This document shows positions 40,733 to 50,467 of a stretch of DNA of 64,000 nt, piece by piece. The notes beneath the pieces are model-generated. The model did not search any database and was not told the origin of the DNA. It saw only the letters and a program-made list of their open reading frames with translations. This stretch comes from Candidatus Cloacimonadota bacterium (GTDB lineage Bacteria > Cloacimonadota > Cloacimonadia > JGIOTU-2). A program made the position numbers and the translations under genes. Location: positions 16,924 to 80,923 of the forward strand of contig JAYEOL010000075.1 in NCBI GenBank assembly GCA_034722995.1, in the 5' to 3' direction. Every line of letters starts with the position of its first letter. Positions within the stretch are counted from its first letter, which is position 1.

Positions 40733-41023
40733 AAACAACAAAGCACCTTAGTAAAAAAAAGGAGAACCAATATGTTATCAATACATAAAAAAAATTCTGA
40801 GCAGAGGTATTTTAATACCGAAAGAAGAATTTGAAAAAATTCTTTCACTCTTAAGATAAAAAAGACATAGCAAAATTGATTTACAAGAGATTGCAAAAAA
40901 TAAAGGGTAGGATAGAATATTTCAAAAGACAATGGGAAGAAATGAAGGATATTTGGGAATAACGGTATCATCTGCTAATAGGCGGATTACGGAATTGAAT
41001 ACGAAATTAAAGGATAGGTAGCC

Positions 41024-42862
41024 ATGTTTTGGACACTTCGCAAAAAGATTCTCATCGGGTATGGAATGACTCTCGTTCTGATGATTGTGGTTTTCATATG
41101 GGCGTTTGTCAATCTGCTCGGTTTGGGCAGGGCCAGCGATGCCATCCTGAAGGAAAACTATAAGAGTATTCTGGCGGCTGAGAATATGATAGATGCTATT
41201 GAGCGGCAGGATAGCGGGGTACTCCTTTTTAGCCTCGGTTACGAAGATGAGGGGTTGAACCAGTACAGGAAAAACGAAAGCCTGTTTTTACAGTGGTTTG
41301 CTCGGGCAAAAGATAATATTACCATTGAGGATGAAGACAAAATTATCAACACTATTGAAAGAGTATACTCGTCCTATCTGGTTAATTTCTCCGAGCTCAG
41401 ACGGGTCTATCAAACCACTCCAGAAAGGACATCTGCATTCTATCATGAAACTGTCCTCCCGTCGTTCAAGTCGGTCCGAGATGCGTGTGTTCGCCTGCGG
41501 GAGATTAACCAAGAGACGATGTTCAAAGCCAGTGACTACGCGCGGAACATTTCCACGACATCCACCTTGTCTATGGTCATAATCGGTATTGTTGCCCTAT
41601 GCATAGGATTGGGATTTAGTCTGCTGTTGTCAAATCTTTTTGTGAGACCACTTCGGCAGATTATGGAGGCGACACAAAAGATCGCTGAGGGCAACTACGA
41701 TGTTGAAATCTCTACCAGTTCCTCTGACGAACTTGGGCGTCTTGCTGGTGAGTTTAATGCGATGGCGCGGAAACTGAAGGCATACCATCGTCTAAACATA
41801 AAACAGATTGTAGCGGAAAAGCGAAAGAGTGAGGCTATCATCCAGAGCATAGATGACGGCATCGTAGTTGTGGACGCCGAATTCAAGGTAACTGGCATCA
41901 ATCCAACAGCAGCTGAAGTCTTTGGTATCGAGCCTGATAAGGCGCAGGGTGGGCATTTTCTGGAGGTGGTCAAGAGTGACCAACTCTTTAACTATGTGAA
42001 GCAAACGGTCCAATCTGGCCAGTCCCCTCCCATTGAGGAAGGCAAGAATGTCTTCATAGTGCAACAAGGTGAAAGACAATACCATTACCAATTTTCAATT
42101 ACTCCTGTGCTTGCAAAGGATGGCTCTATGCTGGGGGTAGTGTTACTCTTACGTGATGTTACCAGGCTCAAAGAGCTTGACCGCCTTAAGAGCGAGTTCG
42201 TTATGTCAGCATCTCATGAGCTGCGGACCCCCTTGATGAGCATTGGTATGAGTATTGATCTCCTTCAGGAAACCGCTATGGAGAAGATTAACGAAAGAGA
42301 GCAACAACTTCTTTCGGCTGCCCACGAGGATTTGCAGCGACTTAAAGCCCTTGTTAACGACCTATTGGACCTCTCCAGAATTGAAGCAGGCAAGATGGAT
42401 ATAGAATTCAACCGTGTTCTCGTCCCTATACTGTTTGAAAAGGCTGTTGCGGTTTTGAAGTCCCAGGCAGACGAAAAATCGGTTGAACTTTCTTTTGAAG
42501 TCCCGGAAGGGTTGCCTTATGTGAAGGTAGATCCCAACAAAATAACATGGGTTTTAACCAATCTAATTTCTAATGCATTGCGTTATACTGATAGCGGAGG
42601 GCATATTCGACTTTTCGCTGAACAGATTGGTCCCCATGTTCACATTTCGGTCAACGATGATGGTTCTGGTATTCCATATGAATACCAATCCAAAATTTTT
42701 AATAAGTTTGTGCGTGTCAAAAGCGACAGGGAAGTTGAAGGCAGTGGGCTTGGATTGGCTATTTGCAGAGAGATTGTCCGCGCTCATGGAGGTATCATTT
42801 GGGTAGACTCAATCCCAGGAGAAGGAAGTACCTTTACCTTTACGCTCCCGGTTGCAAAATAA
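41024..42862 (+). CDS. Sensor histidine kinase (TM-HAMP-PAS-HisKA-HATPase), 612 aa
   Basis: Two TM segments. 'SASHELRTPL' H-box. 'LSRIEAGK' (X-box region). 'NLISNALRYT' N-box. 'GSGLGLAICREIV' G2-box. High-GC codon usage. Confidence 0.9.
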   Translation: MFWTLRKKILIGYGMTLVLMIVVFIWAFVNLLGLGRASDAILKENYKSILAAENMIDAIERQDSGVLLFSLGYEDEGLNQYRKNESLFLQWFARAKDNITIEDEDKIINTIERVYSSYLVNFSELRRVYQTTPERTSAFYHETVLPSFKSVRDACVRLREINQETMFKASDYARNISTTSTLSMVIIGIVALCIGLGFSLLLSNLFVRPLRQIMEATQKIAEGNYDVEISTSSSDELGRLAGEFNAMARKLKAYHRLNIKQIVAEKRKSEAIIQSIDDGIVVVDAEFKVTGINPTAAEVFGIEPDKAQGGHFLEVVKSDQLFNYVKQTVQSGQSPPIEEGKNVFIVQQGERQYHYQFSITPVLAKDGSMLGVVLLLRDVTRLKELDRLKSEFVMSASHELRTPLMSIGMSIDLLQETAMEKINEREQQLLSAAHEDLQRLKALVNDLLDLSRIEAGKMDIEFNRVLVPILFEKAVAVLKSQADEKSVELSFEVPEGLPYVKVDPNKITWVLTNLISNALRYTDSGGHIRLFAEQIGPHVHISVNDDGSGIPYEYQSKIFNKFVRVKSDREVEGSGLGLAICREIVRAHGGIIWVDSIPGEGSTFTFTLPVAK

Positions 42863-42881
42863 CATCAAAATGGAGGATTGT

Positions 42882-43583
42882 ATGAAAAACAAATCAGTTC
42901 TAATAGTGGATGATGAAAAAAATATTCGTCTGACTATAGCACAGTCACTTGTATCTATGGAACTGGAAACAGACACCGCGGTGAATGGAGAGGAAGCACT
43001 TACCAAGCTCAAGGAAAAGGAATTTGGATTGATTCTTTTGGATCTCAAAATGCCGGGGATGAATGGCATGGAAGTGCTTCGCAATGTCCGGGAGATTCGA
43101 CCTGACATCCGTGTCATCATCATTACCGCTTATGGCACTATTGAATCAGCAGTAGAGGCTATGAAACTTGGTGCGGTGGACTTTATACAGAAGCCATTTG
43201 CTCCAAGGGAGATTCGGAAATTGGTATCGCAAGTGCTCGACAGAGATAAAATCGACGAGCAAAAAGTGTCCGATTATACATCACATATTGAACTTGCCAA
43301 GAGGTGCGTTGGAGACAGGCATTTTGATGCTGCCACGGAGCATGTGCGGGAGGCTATTTCCTTGGACCCCGCGCGCCCAGAGGCATTCAACCTGCTTGGT
43401 GCACTTATGGAGATTCAAGGGGATGTTCTTGAAGCCCAGAAGAACTATCGGACAGCTCTAACGCTCGACCCCATATACGAACCTGCAATAAAAAACCTTG
43501 ACCGTTCCACAAGTTGGAAACCAGAGGGAGACATAATTCTCGGGGGAGACAAAAGGAAAGAAGAAAAGAGGAAGGAGAGATAA
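42882..43583 (+). CDS. Response regulator (receiver domain) with C-terminal TPR-like domain
   Basis: 'KSVLIVDDEKNIR', 'LILLDLKMPGMNG', 'VIIITAY' receiver motifs. GGAGG RBS. Confidence 0.85.
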   Translation: MKNKSVLIVDDEKNIRLTIAQSLVSMELETDTAVNGEEALTKLKEKEFGLILLDLKMPGMNGMEVLRNVREIRPDIRVIIITAYGTIESAVEAMKLGAVDFIQKPFAPREIRKLVSQVLDRDKIDEQKVSDYTSHIELAKRCVGDRHFDAATEHVREAISLDPARPEAFNLLGALMEIQGDVLEAQKNYRTALTLDPIYEPAIKNLDRSTSWKPEGDIILGGDKRKEEKRKER

Positions 43584-44033
43584 ATGTCACCTAATCAGAA
43601 GCTCTTCATAGTCATTGTGGGTTGTGGGCGTTTGGGCTCATATCTTGCCAACAGACTGAGTAGTGAGGGTCACAGTATAGTGATCGTTGACATCAATGAG
43701 TCTGCCTTTGATGCGCTTTCCGCCGAATACAGTGGATTTCGGGTCGAAGGAGATGCCACGGAACTCGCCGTGCTGAAGCAGGCTAAGATAGATAAAGCAG
43801 ATCTGGTCATTGCCGCAACACGGGAGGACAACATCAACTTGATGGTTGCCCAGGTTGCTAAAAAGCTCTTCCGTGTACCGCGGGTTATGGCACGAGTGTT
43901 TGAAACGAAACGAGAGAAGATTTACCGAGACTTCGGCATAGAGACCATTTGCCCAACGTTGATTGCGGGCGATGTACTCTTGGAATCGCTTATGAAATTG
44001 TCAGTCATCACGGAGAAAGGGGGCCGACAATGA
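43584..44033 (+). CDS. TrkA-N (NAD-binding) K+ transport regulatory protein, 149 aa
   Basis: 'FIVIVGCGRLGSYLANRLSSEGHSIVIVDINE' Rossmann/TrkA-N signature. Confidence 0.8.
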   Translation: MSPNQKLFIVIVGCGRLGSYLANRLSSEGHSIVIVDINESAFDALSAEYSGFRVEGDATELAVLKQAKIDKADLVIAATREDNINLMVAQVAKKLFRVPRVMARVFETKREKIYRDFGIETICPTLIAGDVLLESLMKLSVITEKGGRQ

Positions 44034-44695
44034 ATATTCTCATTGTAGGCGGAGGAAAGGTGGTTTACTTCCTTTGCCGCACCTTCCTTTCTAAAGGTTA
44101 CAAAGTCACTGTGATAAACCGCGATCAGGATGAGTGCACCTGGCTGGCGCGGCGTCTAAAGGTAACTGTTGTATATGGTGACGGGAGCGATTCTCAAATC
44201 CTGGAGGAAGCGGGAGCTGACGCTGCGGATGCCGTGCTGGCGGTAACCCCCAATGATCAGGATAACCTCGAAATTTGCCAACTGGCGGACCTGCGCTTCC
44301 GTGTCCAGCGGACGCTGGCATTGGTCAACGATCCTGACAATGAAGAGGTCTTCCGACAGCTGGGAATTACAGCCGCTTTTTCTACGACGCGCATTCTGTC
44401 GAGCCTGATAGAACAAAGAGCCGGTTTTGAAGAAATCACCAACCTGATCCCTGCCAGCGAAGGGAAGGTAAATATCACGGAGGTCGTGCTGAAAGAGACC
44501 TCCCCCGTGGTTGGACAGCCACTTATCGATATTGCATTGCCGGAGAATTCCCTTGTAGCATCTATCCTGCGCGAGGGACAAGCGATTATACCCAGAGGAA
44601 CCACTGTGCTCCAGGATGGGGATCACCTTATTGTCATCTCATTGCCGGAAAACCTCGGACAGGTGCTTAAGGCACTTACCGGGAATATGAAGTAA
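44030..44695 (+). CDS. trkA: TrkA-family K+ uptake protein (TrkA-N + TrkA-C), 221 aa
   Basis: 'MNILIVGGGKVVYFLCRTFLSKGYKVTVINRD'. C-terminal 'GQPLIDIALPENSLVASILREGQAIIPRGTTVLQDGDHLIV' is TrkA-C (RCK_C). ATGA overlap with the previous gene. Confidence 0.8.
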   Translation: MNILIVGGGKVVYFLCRTFLSKGYKVTVINRDQDECTWLARRLKVTVVYGDGSDSQILEEAGADAADAVLAVTPNDQDNLEICQLADLRFRVQRTLALVNDPDNEEVFRQLGITAAFSTTRILSSLIEQRAGFEEITNLIPASEGKVNITEVVLKETSPVVGQPLIDIALPENSLVASILREGQAIIPRGTTVLQDGDHLIVISLPENLGQVLKALTGNMK

Positions 44696-44702
44696 TGGAG
44701 AG

Positions 44703-46169
44703 ATGAACTTGCGAGCCAATGTCAGTCTGAAGCAACGCTATCGGGCAATATTCTCTTACACAGGACTAATTCTTCTCCTGTGTGGCTTTTTGATGCTTAC
44801 TCCTCTTCTGGCTCTTTTAGCCTATCCCGGTGAGTGGGCACACAGCTTGGGATTCATTCTTCCTGCCATTATACTCATTGGGATTGGCATCGGGATGTGG
44901 AAAAGCTTTCAGCAGTCCAAACCTGTAATCCTGACAGTGCAGGAAGGTGGCGTCATAGTACTGTTAAGTTGGGTTGTGGTAATCTTATTTTCAGCCTTGC
45001 CCTTTATAGTTATTCATAGATTAAGTTTCACTCAAGCTGTCTTTGAGTCTGTCAGTGGCTGGACAACCACCGGACTTTCCGTGGTTGATGTTACCAGAAC
45101 AACACACATAATTCTGCTTTGGCGTAGCATTATGCAACTTGCGGGTGGTGCTGGTTTGGCTATCATTATGCTTGCTGCCATTGCTGGACCAGTAGGTCCG
45201 GGACTCTCAGCAGCTGAAGGCAGGAGTGAGCAGCTCGTCCCACATGTCCGCGAATCAGCCAAACTCGTTATAGCAATCTATAGTGGATATGTATTGGTAG
45301 GCATCTTGGCATACTGGTTGGCTGGGATGGCTCCGTTTGATGCAGTCAACCATGCGTTTGCTGCGCTTTCCACTGGTGGTTTTTCAACCCAAGCTGAAAG
45401 CATTGGTCACTGGGACTCGGTTGCTATTGAATCTGTGACCATACTATTAATGCTTCTCGGTAACCTGAACTTCCTGACGGCCTATCTGCTCCTGCACGGG
45501 AAGTTAAAGGCTGTCTATCGTAATGGCGAAGTGCACCTCATGACCGTTTTGATTCCTGTTTGTGCTCTTAGCTTGTTTCTGCTGGTTTGTAGGGGGATCT
45601 ATCCTTCAATGGGTAAGAGCGTTCGTGTAGCTATTTTTGAGACCATCACGGCATTAACAACCACAGGGTTTACAACTACAGGTTACGGCAACTGGAACTC
45701 TATAGGATTCCTTGTATTGATGGTTCTTATGCTCATTGGTGGTGGAACGTGCTCGACGGCCGGCGGTATCAAACAATACCGCGTCTATCTGCTCTTCAAA
45801 TCACTTTTGTGGGAAATACACCGCCCGTTTCTGCCCAGGACGACCGCCGTTGAGAACTATATCTGGCAAGGAGAACGGAAAGACTTTATCAACGATGGAC
45901 GGATACGGCGAGTTGCCACTTTTGTATTTCTCTATCTTGCTGTGTTCATCGTAGGTTCAGGAATTCTTGCTGCGCATGGATACGGGCTCAGGGAATCTCT
46001 GTTCGAATTTGCTTCGGCATTAGGCACCGTGGGCCTTTCTGTTGGTGTAACAACAGCTTATTCGCCGCCTTTGGTGCTTTGGACGGAGATACTGGGTATG
46101 TTTCTTGGCAGACTTGAATTCTTTGTAATTATTGTAAGCATGGTGAAAATAGTTCGTGATTCCTTTTAG
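44703..46169 (+). CDS. trkH: TrkH/KtrB-family K+ transporter membrane subunit
   Basis: Polytopic, with repeated pore-loop-like 'SGWTTTGLSV', 'ALSTGGFST', 'ITALTTTGFTTTG', 'ASALGTVGLSVG' selectivity-filter glycines. Confidence 0.85.
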   Translation: MNLRANVSLKQRYRAIFSYTGLILLLCGFLMLTPLLALLAYPGEWAHSLGFILPAIILIGIGIGMWKSFQQSKPVILTVQEGGVIVLLSWVVVILFSALPFIVIHRLSFTQAVFESVSGWTTTGLSVVDVTRTTHIILLWRSIMQLAGGAGLAIIMLAAIAGPVGPGLSAAEGRSEQLVPHVRESAKLVIAIYSGYVLVGILAYWLAGMAPFDAVNHAFAALSTGGFSTQAESIGHWDSVAIESVTILLMLLGNLNFLTAYLLLHGKLKAVYRNGEVHLMTVLIPVCALSLFLLVCRGIYPSMGKSVRVAIFETITALTTTGFTTTGYGNWNSIGFLVLMVLMLIGGGTCSTAGGIKQYRVYLLFKSLLWEIHRPFLPRTTAVENYIWQGERKDFINDGRIRRVATFVFLYLAVFIVGSGILAAHGYGLRESLFEFASALGTVGLSVGVTTAYSPPLVLWTEILGMFLGRLEFFVIIVSMVKIVRDSF

Positions 46170-46399
46170 GAATACTGTAGAAGAAAATGGATTGGGTCAT
46201 TACTCTAAGGTCGTGTTGATGATTAATTAAAAGGTTAGGGAGGTCTCGTTTCATAGATTCCTGGGAAAAGGGCGTTTCAAAATTGATAAAGCTATTGCAA
46301 AACTGCCAGAGATTGTAAAAAATATTTGAAGTTACAAAAAAGAGAAAAAACAGAATAAGATTTATGGTTAAAGTCAAAATAATTTATAAAGTGTAGATT

Positions 46400-46915
46400 A
46401 TGGAAGCACAAAATTCTATTATCCCCATTGAAATAATAGAGAAGAAAATATTCTTTTTACGAGGTAAGAAGGTAATGCTGGATAGCGACCTTGCGGAATT
46501 ATATGAAGTGGAAACCAAACAACTGAAAAGAGCAGTTCGCAGAAACATAGAGCGTTTCCCAAAAGATTTTATGTTTGTATTAACTAAGGAAGAATTTAAT
46601 AACTTGAGGTGTAATTTTGGCACCTCAAGTTGGGGAGGAACTCGTTATTTTCCTATGGCTTTCACAGAGCAGGGTGTTGCAATGCTTTCCAGCGTTTTGA
46701 AAAGTAAGCGTGCTATTAAAGTTAATATCCAGATAATGCGAACTTTCGTGAGACTACGCAAATTGATTTCTTCACACAAGGATATCTTAGCCAAAATTGA
46801 AGAAATGGAGAAAAAATATGACTACCAATTCAAGATTGTTTTTGAAGCAATAAGACAAATGATGACACCTCCGGAAAAAGTCAAACGAGATATTGGATTC
46901 AAAGTAGGGAAATAA
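46400..46915 (+). CDS. ORF6N-domain protein (phage/antirepressor-associated)
   Basis: '[49 protein letters not shown]' is the ORF6N domain signature. Confidence 0.8.
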   Translation: MEAQNSIIPIEIIEKKIFFLRGKKVMLDSDLAELYEVETKQLKRAVRRNIERFPKDFMFVLTKEEFNNLRCNFGTSSWGGTRYFPMAFTEQGVAMLSSVLKSKRAIKVNIQIMRTFVRLRKLISSHKDILAKIEEMEKKYDYQFKIVFEAIRQMMTPPEKVKRDIGFKVGK

Positions 46916-47021
46916 GTTATTCAAAAGCTTGATGGAATAAGATTTTAAGGACGAAATATTTTCCCCAGAAAATCTAAAAAAATAATTGGTAATAACTAAA
47001 GTGACAACCAAGGAGGTAGAT

Positions 47022-47372
47022 ATGAAAAAGTTAGAGTGTATAATACCAACCAAAAAAGTTGCACCCCTTTATGAGGCATTACTTAATTTTGATGTGTGGG
47101 GAGTAACCGAAACCTCTGTAAGAGGGTGTGGTAAACAAAAAGGCTATTACAAAGAGCAGGAATGGGTGGATAAGGCAAGAAAAATAAGAATCTTACCTTT
47201 TACCAAACTGGAATTTATAGTTAAAGATGAGATAGTAAAGCCACTAATAGACCTGATTCTAAAGACTGTAGGCACTCATTCTATGGGCGATGGTAAAATA
47301 TTTGTATGTCCTTGCAAGGATGCCGTTAGAATTAGTGACGGCAAAAGAGGAATAAAGGCTATATCAAAGTAA
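47022..47372 (+). CDS. PII (GlnB/GlnK-like) family signal-transduction protein
   Basis: 'KKLECIIPTKKV...VWGVTETSVRGCGKQKG' (T-loop R-G-x-G-x-Q-K-G) and C-terminal 'GDGKIFVCPCKDAVRISDGKRG' (B/C-loop). AGGAGG RBS. Confidence 0.75.
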   Translation: MKKLECIIPTKKVAPLYEALLNFDVWGVTETSVRGCGKQKGYYKEQEWVDKARKIRILPFTKLEFIVKDEIVKPLIDLILKTVGTHSMGDGKIFVCPCKDAVRISDGKRGIKAISK

Positions 47373-47427
47373 AACGGCAAAATCCGAATGGCAATAAAAA
47401 GAAGTAAAGCTAATTATTGGATGTTAA

Positions 47428-48600
47428 ATGAGTAAAAATATTAGTCCCGTTAGTCCGCCAGCTGGTGGATCTAACGGGATTAGACCTAGAGAAAAGTTAT
47501 TAGCTAGCGATAGTCCTAAAATGGTTGGGACTGAGGATTTGTTGGCTATTATTTTGGGACATGGCAGTAAAGGGAAAAATGTTTTTGACTTAAGCAAAGA
47601 GGTGATTAAATTTCTTAGGGAAAATATGGGTAAAGAAATAAAAGTAAGTGAGTTAACTCAGTTTAATGGTATAGGAGAAGCAAAGGCGTTACAAATAGTA
47701 TCGGCATTAGAAATTGGTAAGCGTTTTTATAAAGATAAAACAAAAATGCAGATTAAAAAAGTAAGAAATGGAGAATTGATTATAGGTGATTGTCTTGATG
47801 TAATGCAAACTATGCCTGATAATGAAATAATATTAGCTTTTACTTCTCCACCTTATCTTAATGCTATAAATTATGAAGACCAAATCAAAAAATTAAGTGG
47901 GGAAATAAAGTATTGGGAACGAAAAGAAGTTTCTTATGAATACTACAAAAATTTCCTTATTGATAGATTTAAGGAACTTTATCGTATTGTTAAACCTGGT
48001 GGACATAATGTAGTAAATATTTCACCAATCGCATGGAATGGGAAACGAATTGCCTTACCGTTTCATTTTGTGAGTTGGATGGAAAATATTGGTTGGATAT
48101 TTAAAGAAGATATTATATGGGAAAAAGAAATTGCTCGGGACAGACGAAGCGGTGTTTTAATGCAACATCCCTATCCCGGATATTATTATCCCAGCTTAGT
48201 TGTAGAATATGTTTTTGTTTTCCAAAAGCCTGCAGAAAAGAAAGAACAAAATAATATCTATTACTTTCGGACAAGAAAGGAAAAAGAAGAAAATAAAATA
48301 GATTTGTCTGATTATCAAGATAAGAAGAGTAAAAATATCTGGAGAATCAGACCAGTTGCTCCACAAGAAAATATACATCCCTGTCCTTTCCCTTTAGAAT
48401 TAGCCAAACGAGTTATAAAATACTATTCATATAAATGGGACACCGTGATTGATATTTTTACAGGAAGTGGCCAAACTAATTTAGCAGCTGAACTTTTGGG
48501 TAGGAAGCACATAGGAATAGATACCCAAGAGAAATACATTAAGTATGCAGAAAGAAGAATTAATAATCAAGCAAAACAGTTACATTTGGAGGATATTTGA
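47428..48600 (+). CDS. DNA methyltransferase (beta-class, SPPY) fused to an N-terminal RadC-like HhH domain
   Basis: N-term 'IRPREKLL...LLAIILGHGSKGKNVFDLSKEVIKFL...FNGIGEAKALQIVSALEIGKRF' matches the RadC N-domain. Motif IV 'LAFTSPPYLNAINYED'. Motif I 'IDIFTGSGQTNLAAELLGRKHIGID'. Confidence 0.8.
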   Translation: MSKNISPVSPPAGGSNGIRPREKLLASDSPKMVGTEDLLAIILGHGSKGKNVFDLSKEVIKFLRENMGKEIKVSELTQFNGIGEAKALQIVSALEIGKRFYKDKTKMQIKKVRNGELIIGDCLDVMQTMPDNEIILAFTSPPYLNAINYEDQIKKLSGEIKYWERKEVSYEYYKNFLIDRFKELYRIVKPGGHNVVNISPIAWNGKRIALPFHFVSWMENIGWIFKEDIIWEKEIARDRRSGVLMQHPYPGYYYPSLVVEYVFVFQKPAEKKEQNNIYYFRTRKEKEENKIDLSDYQDKKSKNIWRIRPVAPQENIHPCPFPLELAKRVIKYYSYKWDTVIDIFTGSGQTNLAAELLGRKHIGIDTQEKYIKYAERRINNQAKQLHLEDI

Positions 48601-49733
48601 AAATCATAGCAAGGCTTGAGAATTTGAAATTTACACCAACTCTTTTACCAAAATTAAAAGAATTTAACATGGATGATTTTATAGACGGTAAATTGGCAAA
48701 AACAGCTGTATTAAATTATCGGGATAACCGTTTCGGTATAAGCCAATGGGTTTCACCTAAAAGGACTCGTAGTTATCCGTATGGAAGAGTTTATGACACA
48801 ATGAGTCAGCAAATCAGAGTTACAATAATCCCATTTATTAAAGATGAAGGATTTGATGGAGATAGAGATTTCCTCCAATGGGATACTGTTTCCTTAATGA
48901 GTCTGCTTAATGTATATGTGCTTCTTGGCTATTACCATAAGGCTGAGAAAAACCTGAATTATGAGAACAAAATTACGAATCAAGTATTAGATTATCAGTA
49001 TCTAAAAGAACAATTAGATGCCCTCATTAATTACAAATCAAGCGCATTACATTGGAATTTATCCCAATTAGATAATTCATTAAAGATTGCTCAAAAATGT
49101 AAAAATAATTACAAAATCATTTCCAAACGATTAAAAGTAAAAATGCATAGTAGCGAAGGAATTGACAAAAGAATTAAAATTTTGAAAAGCGGTGTAAAAC
49201 AATTTAAAGACCTATCCCGTAGTTTAGCAACTGAAGCCCAAAATAGGGAATTTCAAACTACTCAACCCAAAGAGAAAGTAATAGGAAAGAAAGCAAAAAT
49301 AATAATTAAAAATTATCTTGGTGGTTTATATTATCTTACTGTAGATGAAGTGATAATTAAAAATGATAAGCTGTTCTTAATTGAGAAGAAGCATAGTAAA
49401 AATTCTTTATTTCCAAGTATTTCCGACATAAAGGATGGAATTGTAAAAATGATGCTATTCGTCAATCTAGCTGAAACCAAAATTGTAAATAGAGTGGTTA
49501 ATCATTTTTCTATACTTGGTTTAACATCAGCAAAATTTAAAGGCTTTTGTCATAATAAAATGTCTGAACAAGAAATAAAAAGTTGTTTAGCCAGAAATGA
49601 ATTCTTACCGCGTCAAAAGAAAATCATTCTTTCAGTTTTCAATGAAGGTAAGTTAAATGATTTTCTGGTATTCCTTATGGACAGCAACAATCCAAATTAT
49701 CGAAGTAAGATATTGAACTCTGTCTTGATGTAA
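48597..49733 (+). CDS. Putative cognate restriction endonuclease (378 aa)
   Basis: 4-nt ATGA overlap with the MTase gene. No catalytic motif assigned with confidence. Confidence 0.4.
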   Translation: MKIIARLENLKFTPTLLPKLKEFNMDDFIDGKLAKTAVLNYRDNRFGISQWVSPKRTRSYPYGRVYDTMSQQIRVTIIPFIKDEGFDGDRDFLQWDTVSLMSLLNVYVLLGYYHKAEKNLNYENKITNQVLDYQYLKEQLDALINYKSSALHWNLSQLDNSLKIAQKCKNNYKIISKRLKVKMHSSEGIDKRIKILKSGVKQFKDLSRSLATEAQNREFQTTQPKEKVIGKKAKIIIKNYLGGLYYLTVDEVIIKNDKLFLIEKKHSKNSLFPSISDIKDGIVKMMLFVNLAETKIVNRVVNHFSILGLTSAKFKGFCHNKMSEQEIKSCLARNEFLPRQKKIILSVFNEGKLNDFLVFLMDSNNPNYRSKILNSVLM

Positions 49734-49867
49734 TTAGGTATAAATAGCTTTGCTAAAAACGATAATTTTTGTTGGTAGAAATATAAAGGAAAGCGAAATG
49801 AATTTTTCATTAGGAAAAATATTTCCTTTGTGCTCTTTGTGTTTAAAAGATTTATTCAGGAGGCTCA

Positions 49868-50377
49868 ATGATAGGTTCAAAAGATAAAAGCATTATTTCA
49901 GTCTCGCATCTAAGAGAAATTTTTGAAGAGATGAAAAAGTATGATATAACTAAATTGATTATAAATCGGAGTGGAGAGAGTTATGAAATCCAACGAGGAA
50001 AAAATTTAGAAGAGACTACCGTTAAAACTGTAAGCGAGAAGGAAGCCGAGACCCTTGCACAAATTGAAAAAAAGCCGGAAGAAATAGAAATTAAAGAAGA
50101 AAAAAAAACACAGGAAAAGAAAAAAGAAGAGAACAATATTGCTGAGATAAAAACACCTATTGTAGGCACTTTCTACCGTGCCCCTTCACCAGATAGTGAG
50201 CCGTTTGTAGATATTGGTTCACAGATAAAAAAGGGTGACACGCTCTGCATTGTTGAGGCAATGAAATCAATGAACGAGATTGAATCTGAAGTGGGTGGTA
50301 TAATTGAAGAAATATTGGCAGAAAACGGTAAAATGGTTGAGTATGACCAAACTCTATTCAAAGTTAAAGTAAGTTAA
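49868..50377 (+). CDS. accB: Biotin carboxyl carrier protein
   Basis: '[20 protein letters not shown]' biotinyl-lysine motif. PE/K-rich linker. Confidence 0.85.
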   Translation: MIGSKDKSIISVSHLREIFEEMKKYDITKLIINRSGESYEIQRGKNLEETTVKTVSEKEAETLAQIEKKPEEIEIKEEKKTQEKKKEENNIAEIKTPIVGTFYRAPSPDSEPFVDIGSQIKKGDTLCIVEAMKSMNEIESEVGGIIEEILAENGKMVEYDQTLFKVKVS

Positions 50378-50442
50378 ACTGGTTAAACTGGTTGAACTGG
50401 TTAAACTGGTTGAACTGGTTAAACTGGTTGAACTGGTAAACT
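50374..50442. repeat. 9-bp tandem repeat array (AACTGGTTA/AACTGGTTG x ~7) filling the accB-accC spacer
   Basis: Read directly: aaactggttaaactggttgaactggttaaactggttgaactggttaaactggttgaactggtaaact. Confidence 0.9.
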
Positions 50443-50467
50443 AATTTATTAATTCACTATTAAAATT

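Noticed and set aside
40735-41023. Short ORF (MLSIHKKNSEQRYFNTERRI) in the alaS/HK spacer as a leader peptide
   Set aside because: Only 20 codons, no clear RBS or attenuator structure, and AT-rich spacer composition. Insufficient evidence.
44106-45262. Several 70-156-aa antisense ORFs inside the TrkA/TrkH genes (e.g. 44156-44626 -, 44257-44604 -, 45032-45262 -)
   Set aside because: Typical high-GC antisense open frames, fully contained in well-supported sense genes and rich in Arg/Pro/Ser.
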